A stretch of 50,772 nucleotides of DNA from Octopus bimaculoides. Lineage: Eukaryota. Shown piece by piece: positions 1 through 14,085 of the stretch (positions are counted from its first letter, which is position 1; every line of letters starts with the position of its first letter). Location: assembly GCF_001194135.2 (NCBI RefSeq), contig NC_069004.1, positions 31,178,580-31,229,351 of the forward strand, written 5' to 3'. The notes under the pieces are model-generated. The model had not been told where the DNA came from. It did no database searches and was given only the letters and a program-made list of their open reading frames with translations. Position numbers and translations under genes: made by a program.

Positions 1-101
1 CTCGTGCCAAAACAGACACAGTGGCCTGGGGTTGTCATCTACCTGGCCAGCTCCTGTCAACCGTCCTACCCATGCATGCATGGAAGATGGACGTTAAATG
101 A

Positions 102-146
<45 letters not shown>

Positions 147-529
147 TACACGCGTGTGTGTTTGTCGGTGTTTATCCAAGGAAAAGTCAAAAGCTGATAC
201 AGTTTGGCACCAGTGATGTCACAACTCATTTCTAAAGCTGAGTTAACTGGAGCAATGTGGAATAAAGTGTCTTGCTCAAGAACACAACACACACCCCAGT
301 CCAGGAATTGAACTCACTACCTCATGATTGCGAGCTCAACACTAGCCACTGAGCCAAGCTCCATACTTCGAATAAACTCCATCTAAACCCATGCAAACAT
401 GGAAAAAGAGACAGCTGGCTGGCTTTCCAAATACCAACCAACTGATGGATATGTGGGAAATTTATCTTCTGCCATACAAATCTGACTAAATTTATCCTCT
501 TGATAGCAACCCACTTGAGACAGTCTTGG

Positions 530-1695
530 GTTCTATCCTACAAACTTCCTGTTTTAAAGTGACCTAAATTAAAATCATTCATCAAAATTCCATGTTAATT
601 TGTCTCATGTACAAACTTAATAATGACAAAAGTGTTTTAACGACATCTGTATCCTTAACTGTGTAATTTGATAATCACGACTTTGCATGATAAAAGATAT
701 TTTTACTAATTCTTCATTATTTTGAAAATTAATTGTAACAAAGATAACGTATTTCAGCAGAAATATAATAATGAAAGTGTTAAATTTCTTGCTAATTTAT
801 GTTCCAGACACCAACTTAATAAATCATGAACTTATTTTACTAAATTCTTTATTATTTTTTAAATTAATTTTGAACAAAAGCAATTGTATTTTCAACAGAA
901 ATGTGGTATCGGAAGAAAATGATGTAAACTAAAGCCTTTTATCAAAATTTCATGTTTATTTATGTTCCAGACACCAGCCTACTAACAATGACAAAGTTAT
1001 TTTACGAAATTCTATATTTCTGTTGAAATACACCAAAATTTCATGCTAATTTATGTTCTAAAATAAAAAAAATAAATAAATGCGCCTTTTTAAAGCCTAG
1101 CCAGGCTCATGGGCCCGGTTTCCCGGTTTCAATGGCGTATGTGTTCCCCANNNNNNNNNNTTTCAACAGAAATGTGGTATCGGAAGAAAATGATGTAAAC
1201 TAAAGCCTTTTATCAAAATTTCATGTTTATTTATGTTCCAGACACCAGCCTACTAACAATGACAAAGTTATTTTACGAAATTCTATATTTCTGTTGAAAT
1301 ACACCAAAATTTCATGCTAATTTATGTTCTAAAATAAAAAAAATAAATAAATGCGCCTTTTTAAAGCCTAGCCAGGCTCATGGGCCCGGTTTCCCGGTTT
1401 CAATGGCGTATGTGTTCCCCAGCTGGACGGGACGCCAGTCCATCACAGCGTTATTCATTTTTGCCAGCTGAGTGGACTGGAGCAACGTGAAATGAAGTGT
1501 TTTGCTCAAGAACACAATGCCTCGCCCGGTCCAGGTATCGAAACCACAATCTTACGATCATGATGATTACACCTTAACCACTAGGCCACACGCCTCCACA
1601 ATTTATGTTCTAAACATCAGCTAAATAATTCTTCATTAATAATTAAAACCAAAACAGTGTACTTCAACAGAAATATAGTATCAAAAGGGTTAATT
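530..1695. mobile_element. Cluster of diverged family-1 MITE segments
   Basis: Repeated blocks of aatttatgttc.a.acacca.cttaat / ttattttactaaattct / caacagaaat.tggta...aaaagggttaa, ending in AAAAGGGTTAA at about 1684-1694. Confidence 0.6.
1334..1599 (-). mobile_element. CORE-like tRNA SINE with a 15 bp target-site duplication
   Basis: tRNA-like head followed by GTGTTCTTGAGCAAAACACTTCATTTCACGTTGCTCCAGTCCACTCAGCTG (CORE-like). Flanked by AATTTATGTTCTAAA at 1319-1333 and 1600-1614. Confidence 0.8.
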
Positions 1696-1977
1696 AGCAC
1701 AAAGCAATTTTGAGGTCAAAGTATGATGCTCCGAGCAAGGTTTGAACTTGTAAAATCAAATGTCATTAATGAGGCCTTTTGTATTTTAAATTAACACCAT
1801 TAAAGCAATGAATCAGGTTTACCAAAAATTGCTGTTCACTATTTCTAAAGTCTATGGAATAAATCAAAATACAATGGTTGTTGTGACCTTATTAGAATAT
1901 TCAAGTATTGAAGTACAAAAATCACTTTTAAACTGAAAAAAAAACCAATTAAAATAAATAAAAGTTAAAACATGCAC

Positions 1978-2134
1978 TGTGGCTGTGTGGTATGGAGTTT
2001 GCTTCCCAACCACATAGTTCTGGGTTCAGTCCCACTACATGGCACCTTGGGTAAGTGACTTCTTTTAAAGACTCAAGCTGATTAATGCCTTGTGAGTGGA
2101 TTTGGTAGACGGAAACTGAAAGAAGCCTGTTGTG

Positions 2135-2169
<35 letters not shown>

Positions 2170-2179
2170 CTGTGTTTGT
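1978..2179 (+). mobile_element. tRNA-derived SINE family E with internal (TA)n/(TG)n (other pieces at 18670-18965, 32455-32770, 34950-35160, 37200-37330, 37400-37590)
   Basis: TGGCTGTGTGGT...TTTGCTTCCCAACCAC..GTTCTGGGTTCAGTCCCAC head, then GCCTTGTGAGTGGATTTGGTAGACGGAAACTGAAAGAAGCC running into microsatellite and an N gap. Confidence 0.75.
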
Positions 2180-4723
2180 NNNNNNNNNNNNNNNNNNNNN
2201 NNNNNNNNNNNNNNNNNNNNNNNNNNNNNNNNNNNNNNNNNNNNNNNNNNNNNNNNNNNNNNNNNNNNNNNNNNNNNNNNNNNNNNNNNNNNNNNNNNNN
2301 NNNNNNNNNNNNNNNNNNNNNNNNNNNNNNNNNNNNNNNNNNNNNNNNNNNNNNNNNNNNNNNNNNNNNNNNNNNNNNNNNNNNNNNNNNNNNNNNNNNN
2401 NNNNNNNNNNNNNNNNNNNNNNNNNNNNNNNNNNNNNNNNNNNNNNNNNNNNNNNNNNNNNNNNNNNNNNNNNNNNNNNNNNNNNNNNNNNNNNNNNNNN
2501 NNNNNNNNNNNNNNNNNNNNNNNNNNNNNNNNNNNNNNNNNNNNNNNNNNNNNNNNNNNNNNNNNNNNNNNNNNNNNNNNNNNNNNNNNNNNNNNNNNNN
2601 NNNNNNNNNNNNNNNNNNNNNNNNNNNNNNNNNNNNNNNNNNNNNNNNNNNNNNNNNNNNNNNNNNNNNNNNNNNNNNNNNNNNNNNNNNNNNNNNNNNN
2701 NNNNNNNNNNNNNNNNNNNNNNNNNNNNNNNNNNNNNNNNNNNNNNNNNNNNNNNNNNNNNNNNNNNNNNNNNNNNNNNNNNNNNNNNNNNNNNNNNNNN
2801 NNNNNNNNNNNNNNNNNNNNNNNNNNNNNNNNNNNNNNNNNNNNNNNNNNNNTTTAGCCCTTTTGTTACTGGATTTCTGTTGAAATACACAACATTTGTT
2901 TCAATTAATTCTGAAAATCATTATCATCGTCATTTAACGTCCTTTGTCCATGCTGGTATGGGTTGGACAGCTTGACCAGCGCTGGTAAGCTGGGGAGCTG
3001 CACCAAGTTCCAGTCTGATTTGGCATGGTTTCTACAGCTGGATGCCCCTCCCAACACCAACCACTTTACAGAGATGTACCAGGTATTTTTACGTGGCACG
3101 ATATGGGTGCTTTTATGTGGCGTCACATGGGTACTTTCACATGGACGCTGTCGCATGACGCCATACAGGCACTTTTATTTGACACCACACAGGTGCTTTC
3201 ATGTGGCACCTCACAGGTGCTTTTTACTAAATTAGTGTTTGGAATATTAATTAATATGAAATTTTGATGGAAGGTTTTAATAAAAATTTGTTTTAAAACA
3301 TGAAGTTGCTACCATAGAGAACCAGGGGTAACCTCAGGTGGGTTGGCATCAAAAGGGTTAATAAATCGTTATCAACCTGGACAAACCTCAGGTCAGCTCC
3401 AACAGATCTACAATCAGAAGCGTTCCGGTCATCATTATCCAGTTCCCTTCTCAGACATTTCATGTCTATGACTAAAACCATGCTAGCCAATGCAAGTCCT
3501 TTGTTTTTCAAGATGGTATGATGTAATTCGAAGGAGAGGGGGGGGGGTCACTACTATTTCTAGCAATTCAAGTGACCACATAGAAGCCACTTTCCTGGCT
3601 ATTGTTCTTTTTCACATTGTTTCCATTCCAAAGTGCAAAGACAGAAAAAAAGAAAAGGAAAATGCCAGCTGTTTTCAGCCACAAATCAAAGATGAAAAAC
3701 ATGTTCCATTTTCTGTTCCACATAATATTCGTTTAGCCTGATGTCGACCACAAACAGACTTACAAACTTAGGATCAAACAAACATTCCAACTGTGACTAC
3801 TGACCCCTACCTCACCCGGGACAACATTATGAACTGAGATCNNNNNNNNNNNNNNNNNNNNNNNNNNNNNNNNNNNNNNNNNNNNNNNNNNNNNNNNNNN
3901 NNNNNNNNNNNNNNNNNNNNNNNNNNNNNNNNNNNNNNNNNNNNNNNNNNNNNNNNNNNNNNNNNNNNNNNNNNNNNNNNNNNNNNNNNNNNNNNNNNNN
4001 NNNNNNNNNNNNNNNNNNNNNNNNNNNNNNNNNNNNNNNNNNNNNNNNNNNNNNNNNNNNNNNNNNNNNNNNNNNNNNNNNNNNNNNNNNNNNNNNNNNN
4101 NNNNNNNNNNNNNNNNNNNNNNNNNNNNNNNNNNNNNNNNNNNNNNNNNNNNNNNNNNNNNNNNNNNNNNNNNNNNNNNNNNNNNNNNNNNNNNNNNNNN
4201 NNNNNNNNNNNNNNNNNNNNNNNNNNNNNNNNNNNNNNNNNNNNNNNNNNNNNNNNNNNNNNNNNNNNNNNNNNNNNNNNNNNNNNNNNNNNNNNNNNNN
4301 NNNNNNNNNNNNNNNNNNNNNNNNNNNNNNNNNNNNNNNNNNNNNNNNNNNNNNNNNNNNNNNNNNNNNNNNNNNNNNNNNNNNNNNNNNNNNNNNNNNN
4401 NNNNNNNNNNNNNNNNNNNNNNNNNNNNNNNNNNNNNNNNNNNNNNNNNNNNNNNNNNNNNNNNNNNNNNNNNNNNNNNNNNNNNNNNNNNNNNNNNNNN
4501 NNNNNNNNNNNNNNNNNNNNNNNNNNNNNNNNNNNNNNNNNNNNNNNNNNNNNNNNNNNNNNNNNNNNNNNNNNNNNNNNNNNNNNNNNNNNNNNNNNNN
4601 NNNNNNNNNNNNNNNNNNNNNNNNNNNNNNNNNNNNNNNNNNNNNNNNNNNNNNNNNNNNNNNNNNNNNNNNNNNNNNNNNNNNNNNNNNNNNNNNNNNN
4701 NNNNNNNNNNNNNNNNNNNNNNN

Positions 4724-4760
<37 letters not shown>

Positions 4761-5591
4761 GTATATGTACCTATATGTGCTGTTAGGTGTGTGTATACAT
4801 ATACATATATAGAGACCTAAATTAAATAGTGCATGACTGACAACTGCTGGTCGCATTCTAAGAATGTCATCTAATAACTTAAACAATAACCTGACATTTT
4901 TTTTTATTAACGTAGCCTGCCACAGTGGTTGGATGGCACATCATATATAAATATTTATATATATATATCTCATTATATATGCGTATGCATGTATGTCTCT
5001 GAGTGTGTGTGTGTGTGTGTGTGTGTCAATGTGGAGGCACGCCTGCACACGTGCATGTGTCTGCGTATGCATGCATGTAAGCATGTCCATGACTCGTAGA
5101 GGTCTTACACTTTCTCCTCATTTGGTTGCAGTCTACCTTATCTCGTACATACAGTAACGCTAACAACTTTGCTGCTGTGCTATGTCTCACAATGTAGACC
5201 AGGTCACCAGCACAAAGGAGGCTGTCTTATATTTTGAGGACGGAAGTTTATGTTTGGAGGAACTGCTCTACAAAATGGTAAGCCTATGATTCAGCCTGCA
5301 GAGTATAGATCTCATTTGTATATCCTAGATGTAGATTGTCTTTTTTTTTGGCGTGGTATTCCTAAGGCTCTTACAACCCCTTCGATAGTCATTGACTCTT
5401 CAACGATTATTGAAAAGGTTGCAAGACACAATGAAAATCTTAGAAGAAATAAATTAGTAAATGAGTGGATATCATAAATGAGTGTGTTAAATATAAGGCA
5501 CTAAAAGAGAATGACTCTCCCCAGACACAATAAAATATGCTTCAACACACGAATTCACATAAAGAATCTTGCAAACCAAATACAAAAACGA

Positions 5592-5636
<45 letters not shown>

Positions 5637-8600
5637 AGTGAAACAGTACTATAGTGTAAAATTATTGACTGCTATTTCCAGTAAACATTGGTGCCTAATT
5701 GTACCACTATTCTATATTTGTATTTATTTATTTATGTATGTATGTATATATAAACTATGCTTATATACACACACACATACATATCTATGAATGTATGTAT
5801 GTACAATATGCATACATACATAAAGTAAATACAGGGATAAGGGAAAAACAGAAGAAAAGAAGGAAAGAAGGAACAGATGGATGGATAGCCACAGAGAGAG
5901 AGGGAGAGAGAGAGAGGGAGAGAGAGAGAGACAAACAGACAGACAGAGGTGAAACTGTTATGAAGCTTATTAGGCTTCCTATGAAGGAACTACATATCTT
6001 ACACAGGAAAAGTAAAATTTATCGAATTAAAGAATTTATTATTAGGGTCACACATATTTTTGTCAGTTTAATAGGTTAAGAGGAAACTAGGGGACAGTGT
6101 TACTCTTTTTGCAGACAACAGGGGTGGGTGGGTTCAATTTTGTTATAAGATGATAAGGGTGGGAGAGGGACAGTACATATGACCTTTGCAAACATTTCTT
6201 CCTGAATCAGCAAAAATTAATGCAGTTTGTAATTGATATCCAGTTTGTAAATTAATATGTCGGATTCAAGTAGGGAAAATCCCCGAGGAGGAAATACCAG
6301 AGGGATACAGTTCAGGGGGAAAGAATGACTGGGAGGTGAAATATAATCTGGAATAACGAGAAACAGAAGCAAGAGAGATGAATGTATTGAATAGATTTGT
6401 GATGGAGATGATAAGCAGCTCGTGTGATGTGCATGAAAATACTAACAGTGTGGTTGCTATTGGTAACGATTGAGTAACCCTTTTACATTTGCTTCACCTT
6501 TTCGTCTGTCTGTGTGTCAGTCTTTCTCTCTCTCTCTCCTTCATCACTATAACCATCACATTAGCCTCTGCACTCCCAAACTATGCTTACCCTCCTTCAA
6601 CATTAAACACCTCAATGCATTCCCCCAGTATAAAGTCGGTAACTCTTTGGGACAAGGAAATAATAAAGAAGTTCTCTACTTGCTCCAGCCAACCGTTTTT
6701 CAAAGCAAGGCATAACAACCCCATCAATGTCCTGTAATATGGCAAGACTGTAAGTAGGTAACACCAGGGGATTCATTTGTAGTGGTCTACATAGCTAGAT
6801 AGTTGAATGAACTGCTTTGCAAGAAAGATTATAGAGTAACCTCCCTTTTCTAAGTTTCCCGAAGCGTCTGTGTCATGAGACGTGACTCTTAATTCTTCAA
6901 GAAGCTTAGCGTTTCTCTTGGAAGTTTCTTAGAATATGTCTAGCTGTTCCATTAATAAAAACAGCTTGTTGGCCCAGCTCTTTGCTTCTTAGTCGATGAA
7001 ACCGTTCACATCATTGCTATGTCCATCTATTCCTCTACGCCACATGACTGAAAACCACCACTTAGCTGTTATTTCTACATTTCCAATCTCTGAACTTTCT
7101 TGCATAGATTACTTCATTCAACTAGATTCTACATTTTGATTCTATGATTCTATGTATCATCATCGACCAACAAATAAAATATATTTCTATGTAGTAAATC
7201 TAATTGTAAGAAGGAATCATAACACCGTACACTTCACCTCAGCGGGCATCACAGCATGGTACCAGCCACTTAGCTATAGATAAGTACTATAAAGCACTAA
7301 AGATCCCCAAGCTGTAAGGATAGTTATTTATTTACAGGCAGATGAAATATACCAGAATTTGGTCCATCCCCCTTAGGTGTAGGTAAGCAACACAGCTTGG
7401 TACAATCCATCTAATTGTAAGAACGTACCTCAGTATGGTACAGAGTGCAGCAGAAAAACCTCTCATATCTTACATAGCCATTAGTGTGGCGCTAATTAAG
7501 TTAGACAGGTGGTAATGGTGTTTTCATATAGCTTATGTTTTGCAGTCTTCTTTCATTCACTATCATGGTTTGAAAGGATGAAAATTCTGTGTTTGTCGTC
7601 AAAACATTTATCAAGCATAGTAAATCTACAAAGGTATTTTTGCTGTACCCTGTACAATTTACTATTCTGCTCCATAACACTCTAGTCTGCACCATTCTCT
7701 ACCTGTGCACTCAAACCAGAAACCGATTCCACAGAATGTTATGGAGGATCTCAAGGCTGACGCTGGTTACAATAGTGAGACACAGCATCATTTTGACAAA
7801 GTAGCGTACCTTTATCAGAAACAGGTCACAGCAGTTATACATTCTTTATAGAAAAATATGTGTATAAAAGATTATACACACTCCTCAAGCATATTTTAAT
7901 GGGAAGTTTAATGCTTCTGCATGAAAAGCTATGAATATACCAGTTAGATATCAATTATGTTTGTGCATTTGTATGAATGATTTGTATGTATGTATGTATA
8001 TTCATTCTTTCATTTGTTTCAGTCATTTGACTGCAACCATGCTGGAGCACTGCCTTTAGTCAAACAATTTCACTGCAAGACTTATTCTATTGGTCTCTTT
8101 TGCCGAACCACTAAGTCACAGGGATGTAAACACACCAACATCAATTGCATATGTGTGTGGGTGTATGTTTGTGTGTCTTCTGAAACAATGTCACTAGGTC
8201 TAGCGGTCTTCACCAGAGAAGTCTGAGCTAGACAGTGTCCACAGAAATCTCATCAGCCAAGCAAACCATTTCGTGTTTACGCACTGATCAAGTTAGCAAG
8301 GACCCTTTCACAGAAATTGTGAGTAACAAACATTATATTTGTTATGTAAAACACAAATAATCTGTAGCATTTGAGGAGAGCCTCATGTCAGATCTGTGTT
8401 GTCAAGGAAACAATCAGTGTTGTCAAGGAAACAGTAAGCAAAGAATCATTTTGTTAAGGAAATGGTCTGTATTGTTGAAGTAACCTGAGAATGCTAAATT
8501 CTTCTCCACTGGTCTTGTACATTCCATCAGAGATCACATTTGAGGTGGGCATGATAAACTTGATTAGAACACAACGTAATGACCACTCCTACAGACCTTA

Positions 8601-9539
8601 TGTCTGTTGTCTTCTGACCCACGATAGAACTGTTGTAATCTAATCTGAAGCCATGCAGTCATTTGAGAAGGAATTCTAAATATGTAATTGCTAGAGTAAT
8701 GAACACAACATGAATAAATGATTACAAGGATACATTTTAAAGTTCACAAATTTGGATGAAAAAGATTTGAGCCAATGAAAACCACTGCTAAATTTTTTAT
8801 TCTTTCTTTTTCCTTAACATGTGCTTGTAAGAACGGAGTTAACCGATTCTATCTCCTCTATTACTTGAATGGTACTTTATTTTAACCATTCCCTTGAGGG
8901 ATGAAGGGCAAAGTTGTATCTTAAGCAAGATTTGAACTCAGATTATAAAGTGCCAGAAGAAATGCTGCAAGGCATTTTGCCTGACAAATTAATGGATCTA
9001 TCTATCTAATAATAATAATAATAATAATTTCTACTATGGGCACAAGGCTTGAAATTTTTCAAGAAGGGGGCCGGTCGAAAAGCTCGATCCAGTATACAAC
9101 TGGTACTTAATTTATCAATCCTAAAAGGCAAAGTCAACCTCAGTGGAATTTGATCTCAGAATGTAGCGACAGGTGAAAATACCACTAAGTAATTCATCCA
9201 GTGTGCTAACGATTCTGCCAGCTCACCACATGGCTGTGATGCTTCCATACTACTTCTACTCGTGATCAGAGGTGCACCTATCGTCAGCCACTAAGGGACA
9301 TACTCAACAGGTGACGGTCAAGCAGCTGACATGCAAATCTGTGGTATTGAGCAGAATATTTGCTATTATCATTAACCCTTTTGATACCAACTTGGCTGAT
9401 AATGAGAATATCTGAAATAAACTCATCTGCTCTCACAAACGGAAATACTAAAAATGAATCCGACTGCTCTCAAAAATTAATTTTAAAAAACTGGAAAAAT
9501 AATCCAGAATCCTTGTCTGGTACCTGATTGATCCCAATG

Positions 9540-9775
9540 GTAGTCATGGAATGTGAAGGTGGGTGTGCGGGCCGTGTTTGTAATGCTGTGTGTGTGTCGT
9601 CTGCAGTGGGAACAGGGACAGTTTTCTCTATGAAGGCCTTTTTTAGTCTATCCACTGACATAGTGTCTTTACGACCATTAAGGTCTATAATGAAAAATTT
9701 ATCCATGCATGAAAGAAAACAGTGCTGTTAATGGATGTTTAATATCATCGTTGTGCATAAAAATGTGAGTCCTTC
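9540..9775 (-). mobile_element. Gypsy LTR-retrotransposon pol (integrase C-terminal) fragment
   Basis: Reads THIFMHNDDIKHPLTAL [frameshift] DKFFIIDLNGRKDTMSVDRLKKAF, resembling the Gypsy integrase tail (HVF.R.D....PL..PY.GP...DK.F.ID.NG..DTVSIDRLKPA). Confidence 0.75.
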
Positions 9776-11415
9776 AAGGCAGAGCTAGAAATGCAATTGT
9801 CAAGCAGGTAAGAGGTTTTAAACGGGAGCAATATATTCAAAATTGGTAAAACGAAGAATTGTCAAGGATAAATTAAATTTATTATTGTTACTGAATATGT
9901 TAGTGTTATTAAATTTCTAGACGGTTTTGCTGCCATTTGTTTATGTAGTTTGATTTCTTTATCCACCAATTTCTGCTAAGATAGAGACGCAGAGTTTATA
10001 CAGCTGGATGCCCTTCCTAACGCCAACCACTCCGAGCGAGTAGTGGGTGCTTTTACGTGCCACCGGCATGAAGGCCAGTCAGGCGGAACTGGCAACGGAT
10101 GGAATTTGAAAACAATAATAATAATAATAATAAGGTGGCAGTAATAATAATTGTTTTTACTATTGACACAAGGCCTGAAATTTTTGGGGAGAAGGATAGT
10201 TGATTACGTCGACCCCAGTGCTCAAGTAGTGCTTATTTCATCAACCCCTAAAGGATGAAAAACAAAGTCAACCACAGCAGAATTTGGACCCCTAATGAAA
10301 AGGCAGGTGAAATGCTGCTAAGCATTTTGTCTGGCATGAAAATGATTCTGTCTGTTTGCAGCTTTATAATATAACATCATGTGGTGATCATGTGATTGAG
10401 CAGACTCAGATGTTGTTATACATCACTCATCACAATGCGCTTTGCATTGTTTTAGCTTTCGAATGACATCACCCTGCTGGCAAGGCAAGCAGACCAACAT
10501 CTCGCCTGATCAGGGGAGATGTTCTCCATCACAGGGTTAGCTATTTACAGTTGAGTGGATTGGAGCAACATGAAATGAAGTGTTTTTTGGTCAAGAACAC
10601 ATTACACGGCTGGTTTGGGAATTGAAACCATGATCTCATGATCGTGTGTACAACACACCTAACCACTAGGCCACATGCCTTCACATACTACAATATAATC
10701 CTTTCTATTAGAGGCACAAGGCCTGAAATTTGAAGGGAGGGAGCTAGTCGATCACATCGACCCCAGTACTTGACTGGTATTTAATTTATTGACCCCAAAA
10801 GGATGAATGGCAAAATCAACCTCGGCAGAAACTGAATGTAGCGCTAACGAATTACCGCTAAGCATTAAGGCTAGCTCACTGTCCTTTTAACATAATATAA
10901 TAATATAATGTTAGGCATTGTAAATCAAGGAGATATATCTAAAGTGTTAGCTATGTTACTTTCTCTTCACAACACAATAACATGCATTTAAATTTTGCTC
11001 GTTTTTTCATATAAAACCTCAACCCACTTTCTTCTCACCACCTGTCTCTCTGCATCAATAGAAAATGAAAATGTGAGAGAGAGTGGGGGTGGGGTGGAGA
11101 AATGAAAGGTGATATGTAACAATAACACTTGTATTTATTTTATCTAAAATATTCTCTGACAAGAAACGAAGTTAAATATATATTATCAGGTAAATAAAAC
11201 TGTGCCTTGGAATAAATTCAGAGTCATTAGAGCATCAGATAAAATGCTTTGTGGTGTCCATTGCAGCTATTTGAGGCCCGAGTTCAAATCAAAGCAAGGT
11301 CAACTTTGTTTTTCGTTATTTTGGGGGTTGATAAATATATTACCAGTCTGCACAGAGACCCTGGGAGTGGATCAGACATGTCCTCAGTTGAGATCGAGAA
11401 AGTGACTGTATGGTG

Positions 11416-11625
11416 GCACTGAAATGGTAACCCGAGGGGAAAAGAGCAGCAGGGCACCCTAAAACCATATTGTGAAGGACCATTGACAAGGGAAGGAGAT
11501 GAGAATGGTGGAGGAGCAGGAATGATACCAGGACAGTAGCAGAAAACAGCTGGTTAGAGAGATTGTGTTGTGGCCTTATGTACCTCGTGGTATGGGGAGA
11601 ACTAACTAACTAACTAACTAACTAA
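11416..11625 (+). mobile_element. RTE-clade LINE 3' end with (TAAC)n tail
   Basis: Decayed ALKW*PEGKRAAGHPKTIL*RTIDK...WRS.NDTRTVAEN...ALCTSW-like C-terminus, followed directly by a (TAAC)n tandem tail at about 11602-11625. Confidence 0.7.
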
Positions 11626-11920
11626 TTAGTCCAGTGCAGGGGTTGGTCCTTTCATTCTCTGTTGATAAGGAACTTGATGTGGCCAGACCTAGAGAATGAT
11701 GAGCTCTCTTAAGTTTTAAAATTTCCAGGGTGCACCATATGTTACAATGATCCCTTATGATTGTAGCTGGAGGTCAGGGCCCCAAGGTAAAAATACAATA
11801 ATTATTAGGGTGCCAATACAGCATGAATTGTGAAAATATATAAATACGTGTGTGTGAGCATGTATGTATGTGTGTTTATATGTGTATGTTTATGCCTGTG
11901 TCTGTATATATATTGTTTGT

Positions 11921-12294
11921 TTGTTGGCACTCCGTCGCTTACGATGTCGAGGGTTCCAGTTGATCCGATCAATGGAACAGCCTGCTCATGAAATTAACGT
12001 GCAAGTGGCTGAGCACTCCACAGACACATGTACCCTTAATGTAATTCTCGGGGATATTCAGTGTGACAAAGCTGACCCTTTTGAATTACAGGCACAACAG
12101 AAACAGGAAGTAAGAGTGAGAGAAAGTTGTGGTGAAAGAGTACAGCAGGGTTCGCCACCATCCCCTGCCGGAGCCTCATGGAGCATTTAGGTGTTTTCGC
12201 TCAATAAACACTCACAACGCCTGGTCTGGGAATCGAAACCGCGATCCTATGACCGCGAGTGCGCTGCCCTAATTACTGGGCCATTGCGCCTCCA
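11921..12294 (-). mobile_element. tRNA-derived SINE, family A, full length
   Basis: Head GGAGGCGCAATGGCCCAGT...GGTTTCGATTCCC (A and B boxes) and 3' end ...CGTAAGCGACGGAGTGCCAACAA. Closely similar copies at 45881-46245 and 47784-48140. Confidence 0.85.
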
Positions 12295-12514
12295 CTGTAT
12301 ATATATATATATATTTGTAAATAGTGAGGGATTACTCCAAATTTTTATTGGTTCACTCTGAGTTAGGTATTCAAAATAGGTTATTCAAGTTAAAATATAA
12401 ATCCAATAATATTCTAATAAGATAAGAATTTAGAGATATATTCTGTTGGATAATTCTGAATATATCACCTAAACCATATATCATATATGTAATAACGGAG
12501 TAAGGGATTCTGTA

Positions 12515-13000
12515 ATGGTGATGCAACTGGATTTACATAGTGGGGACACAAATGGGTTATACAGGGGAGGGGACACGAATGGGAAACATAGCAGTGAGGA
12601 CATAACTGGGCCACATAGCAAAGGCAAAACTTGATTGCAATGTGGGGACACAGGTGGGTTATATAGAGGGGACATGACTGGGTCATATAGTGGTGATGCA
12701 ACTGGAATATATAGTGGGGCTACAACTGGGTGACATAGTGGGGAGGCAACTGGGTTTTGTAGCAGGGAAACAACTGGGTTATACAGCAGGGACCTAACTG
12801 AGTTAAGTAGCAAGGACACAACTGGGTTACCTAATCCCGATTATGTAACACAAAAGGGTTACATAATCGGGATGCAAGTGGGTAACATAGTAGGGACACA
12901 ACTGGCACAATGACTGAGTTATTTAATGGTGAAACAGTTGGTCTAAATGAGGGCAACGCAAGCGACTTGCATAGTGGTGGTCCCACAACTGGGGTTGCAA
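12515..13000. repeat. Diverged 24 bp minisatellite
   Basis: ACTGG recurs at 12677, 12701, 12725, 12749 and 12773 (period 24). Consensus approximately GGGGACACAACTGGGTTATATAGT. Confidence 0.8.
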
Positions 13001-13299
13001 TTTTGGCACATGGGGTTTGTGTTATGATAAAATATATGAGTCACGTAGTCACGCGATAGCGATATATCTGCTGCTTGATTGTGGCGCAACTGGATTACAT
13101 AGCGACAGCATAATTAAACTGCGATGGTTAAATTATTGCGTTGTATGATGGAACGTGGAATATAAAGAGCTGGAACAGGATATTACGAGGTACTTACATC
13201 GTCAAACACTAACGATTTCACTAATTAATTTCTCTGGATTGGTGGTACTTTATAAATGTTATTTGTTATTTCTTTTTTGTTGACCCCCAGAAGAGATGA

Positions 13300-14085
13300 A
13301 CAGCAAAGATGGTGATAATGCGGATAATGGTATCGATGGTGGTGGTGATGATGGTGATGATGTTGCGGGTGGTGGTAGCACTGGCGGTGGTGATGATGGT
13401 GGTAGTGTTGATGGTGATGGTGGTGGTATTGATTATGATGATGGTGTAGACGTAGACAGTGGTGATAACAATGATGATTGTGATGGTGGTGCTGGTAGTG
13501 TTGGTGAAAGTAATGGTGGTGGTGATGATGATAGTGGTACTGATGGTGGTGTAGAAGGTGGTGGTGGTGGTGGTGGTGGTAGTTGCGGCATAAAAAGTAC
13601 CCGGTACACTCTTTAAAGTGGCTGGCATTTAGGAAGGGCGTCCAGCTGTAGAAAGCAAGCCAAAGCAGACATTGGGGCTTGGGGGGCAATCCTTTGGCTT
13701 GCCTGCTCCTGTCGAAGTGTCTAACACTAAGCCAGCATGGAACAGACACATGATGATGGTGAAGACGGCGATGACTCTGATGACGACGACTATTATGATG
13801 GTGATGGTGACGACTATGAAGGTGATGATGATGACGACGACTATGATGGTGATGATGACGACTATGGTGATGACGACAACTATGATGGTGATGGTGATGA
13901 CAACTATGATGGTGATGATAACTATGATGACGACGACTTTGATGGTGATGACGACAACGACTATGATGGTGATGATGATGACGACGACAACGACTATGAT
14001 GATGACGACGATGACAACAACTATGACGATGACGATGATGACTATGATGGTGGTGATGATAATTATGACGAAGATGATGATGGTT
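13300..14085. repeat. Compound (GGT/GAT)n and (GAT/GAC)n trinucleotide low-complexity tracts flanking a family-D repeat
   Basis: Tracts at 13300-13580 and 13745-14085, read directly from the sequence. Confidence 0.9.

Noticed and set aside
890-1421. Identical ~260 bp direct repeat (about 890-1150 and 1161-1421) on both sides of a 10-N gap
   Set aside because: Exact identity across a minimal gap is the signature of unmerged overlapping contig ends, so this is most likely an assembly artefact.
11864-12190. ORF similar to the ORFs at 47806-48162, 45929-46168 and 35705-35971, suggesting a gene family
   Set aside because: All are antisense translations of family-A SINE copies.
13225-13749. Gly/Asp-rich and antisense His- or Thr-rich ORFs
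   Set aside because: They are translations of (GGT/GAT)n trinucleotide repeats, open in several frames at once.
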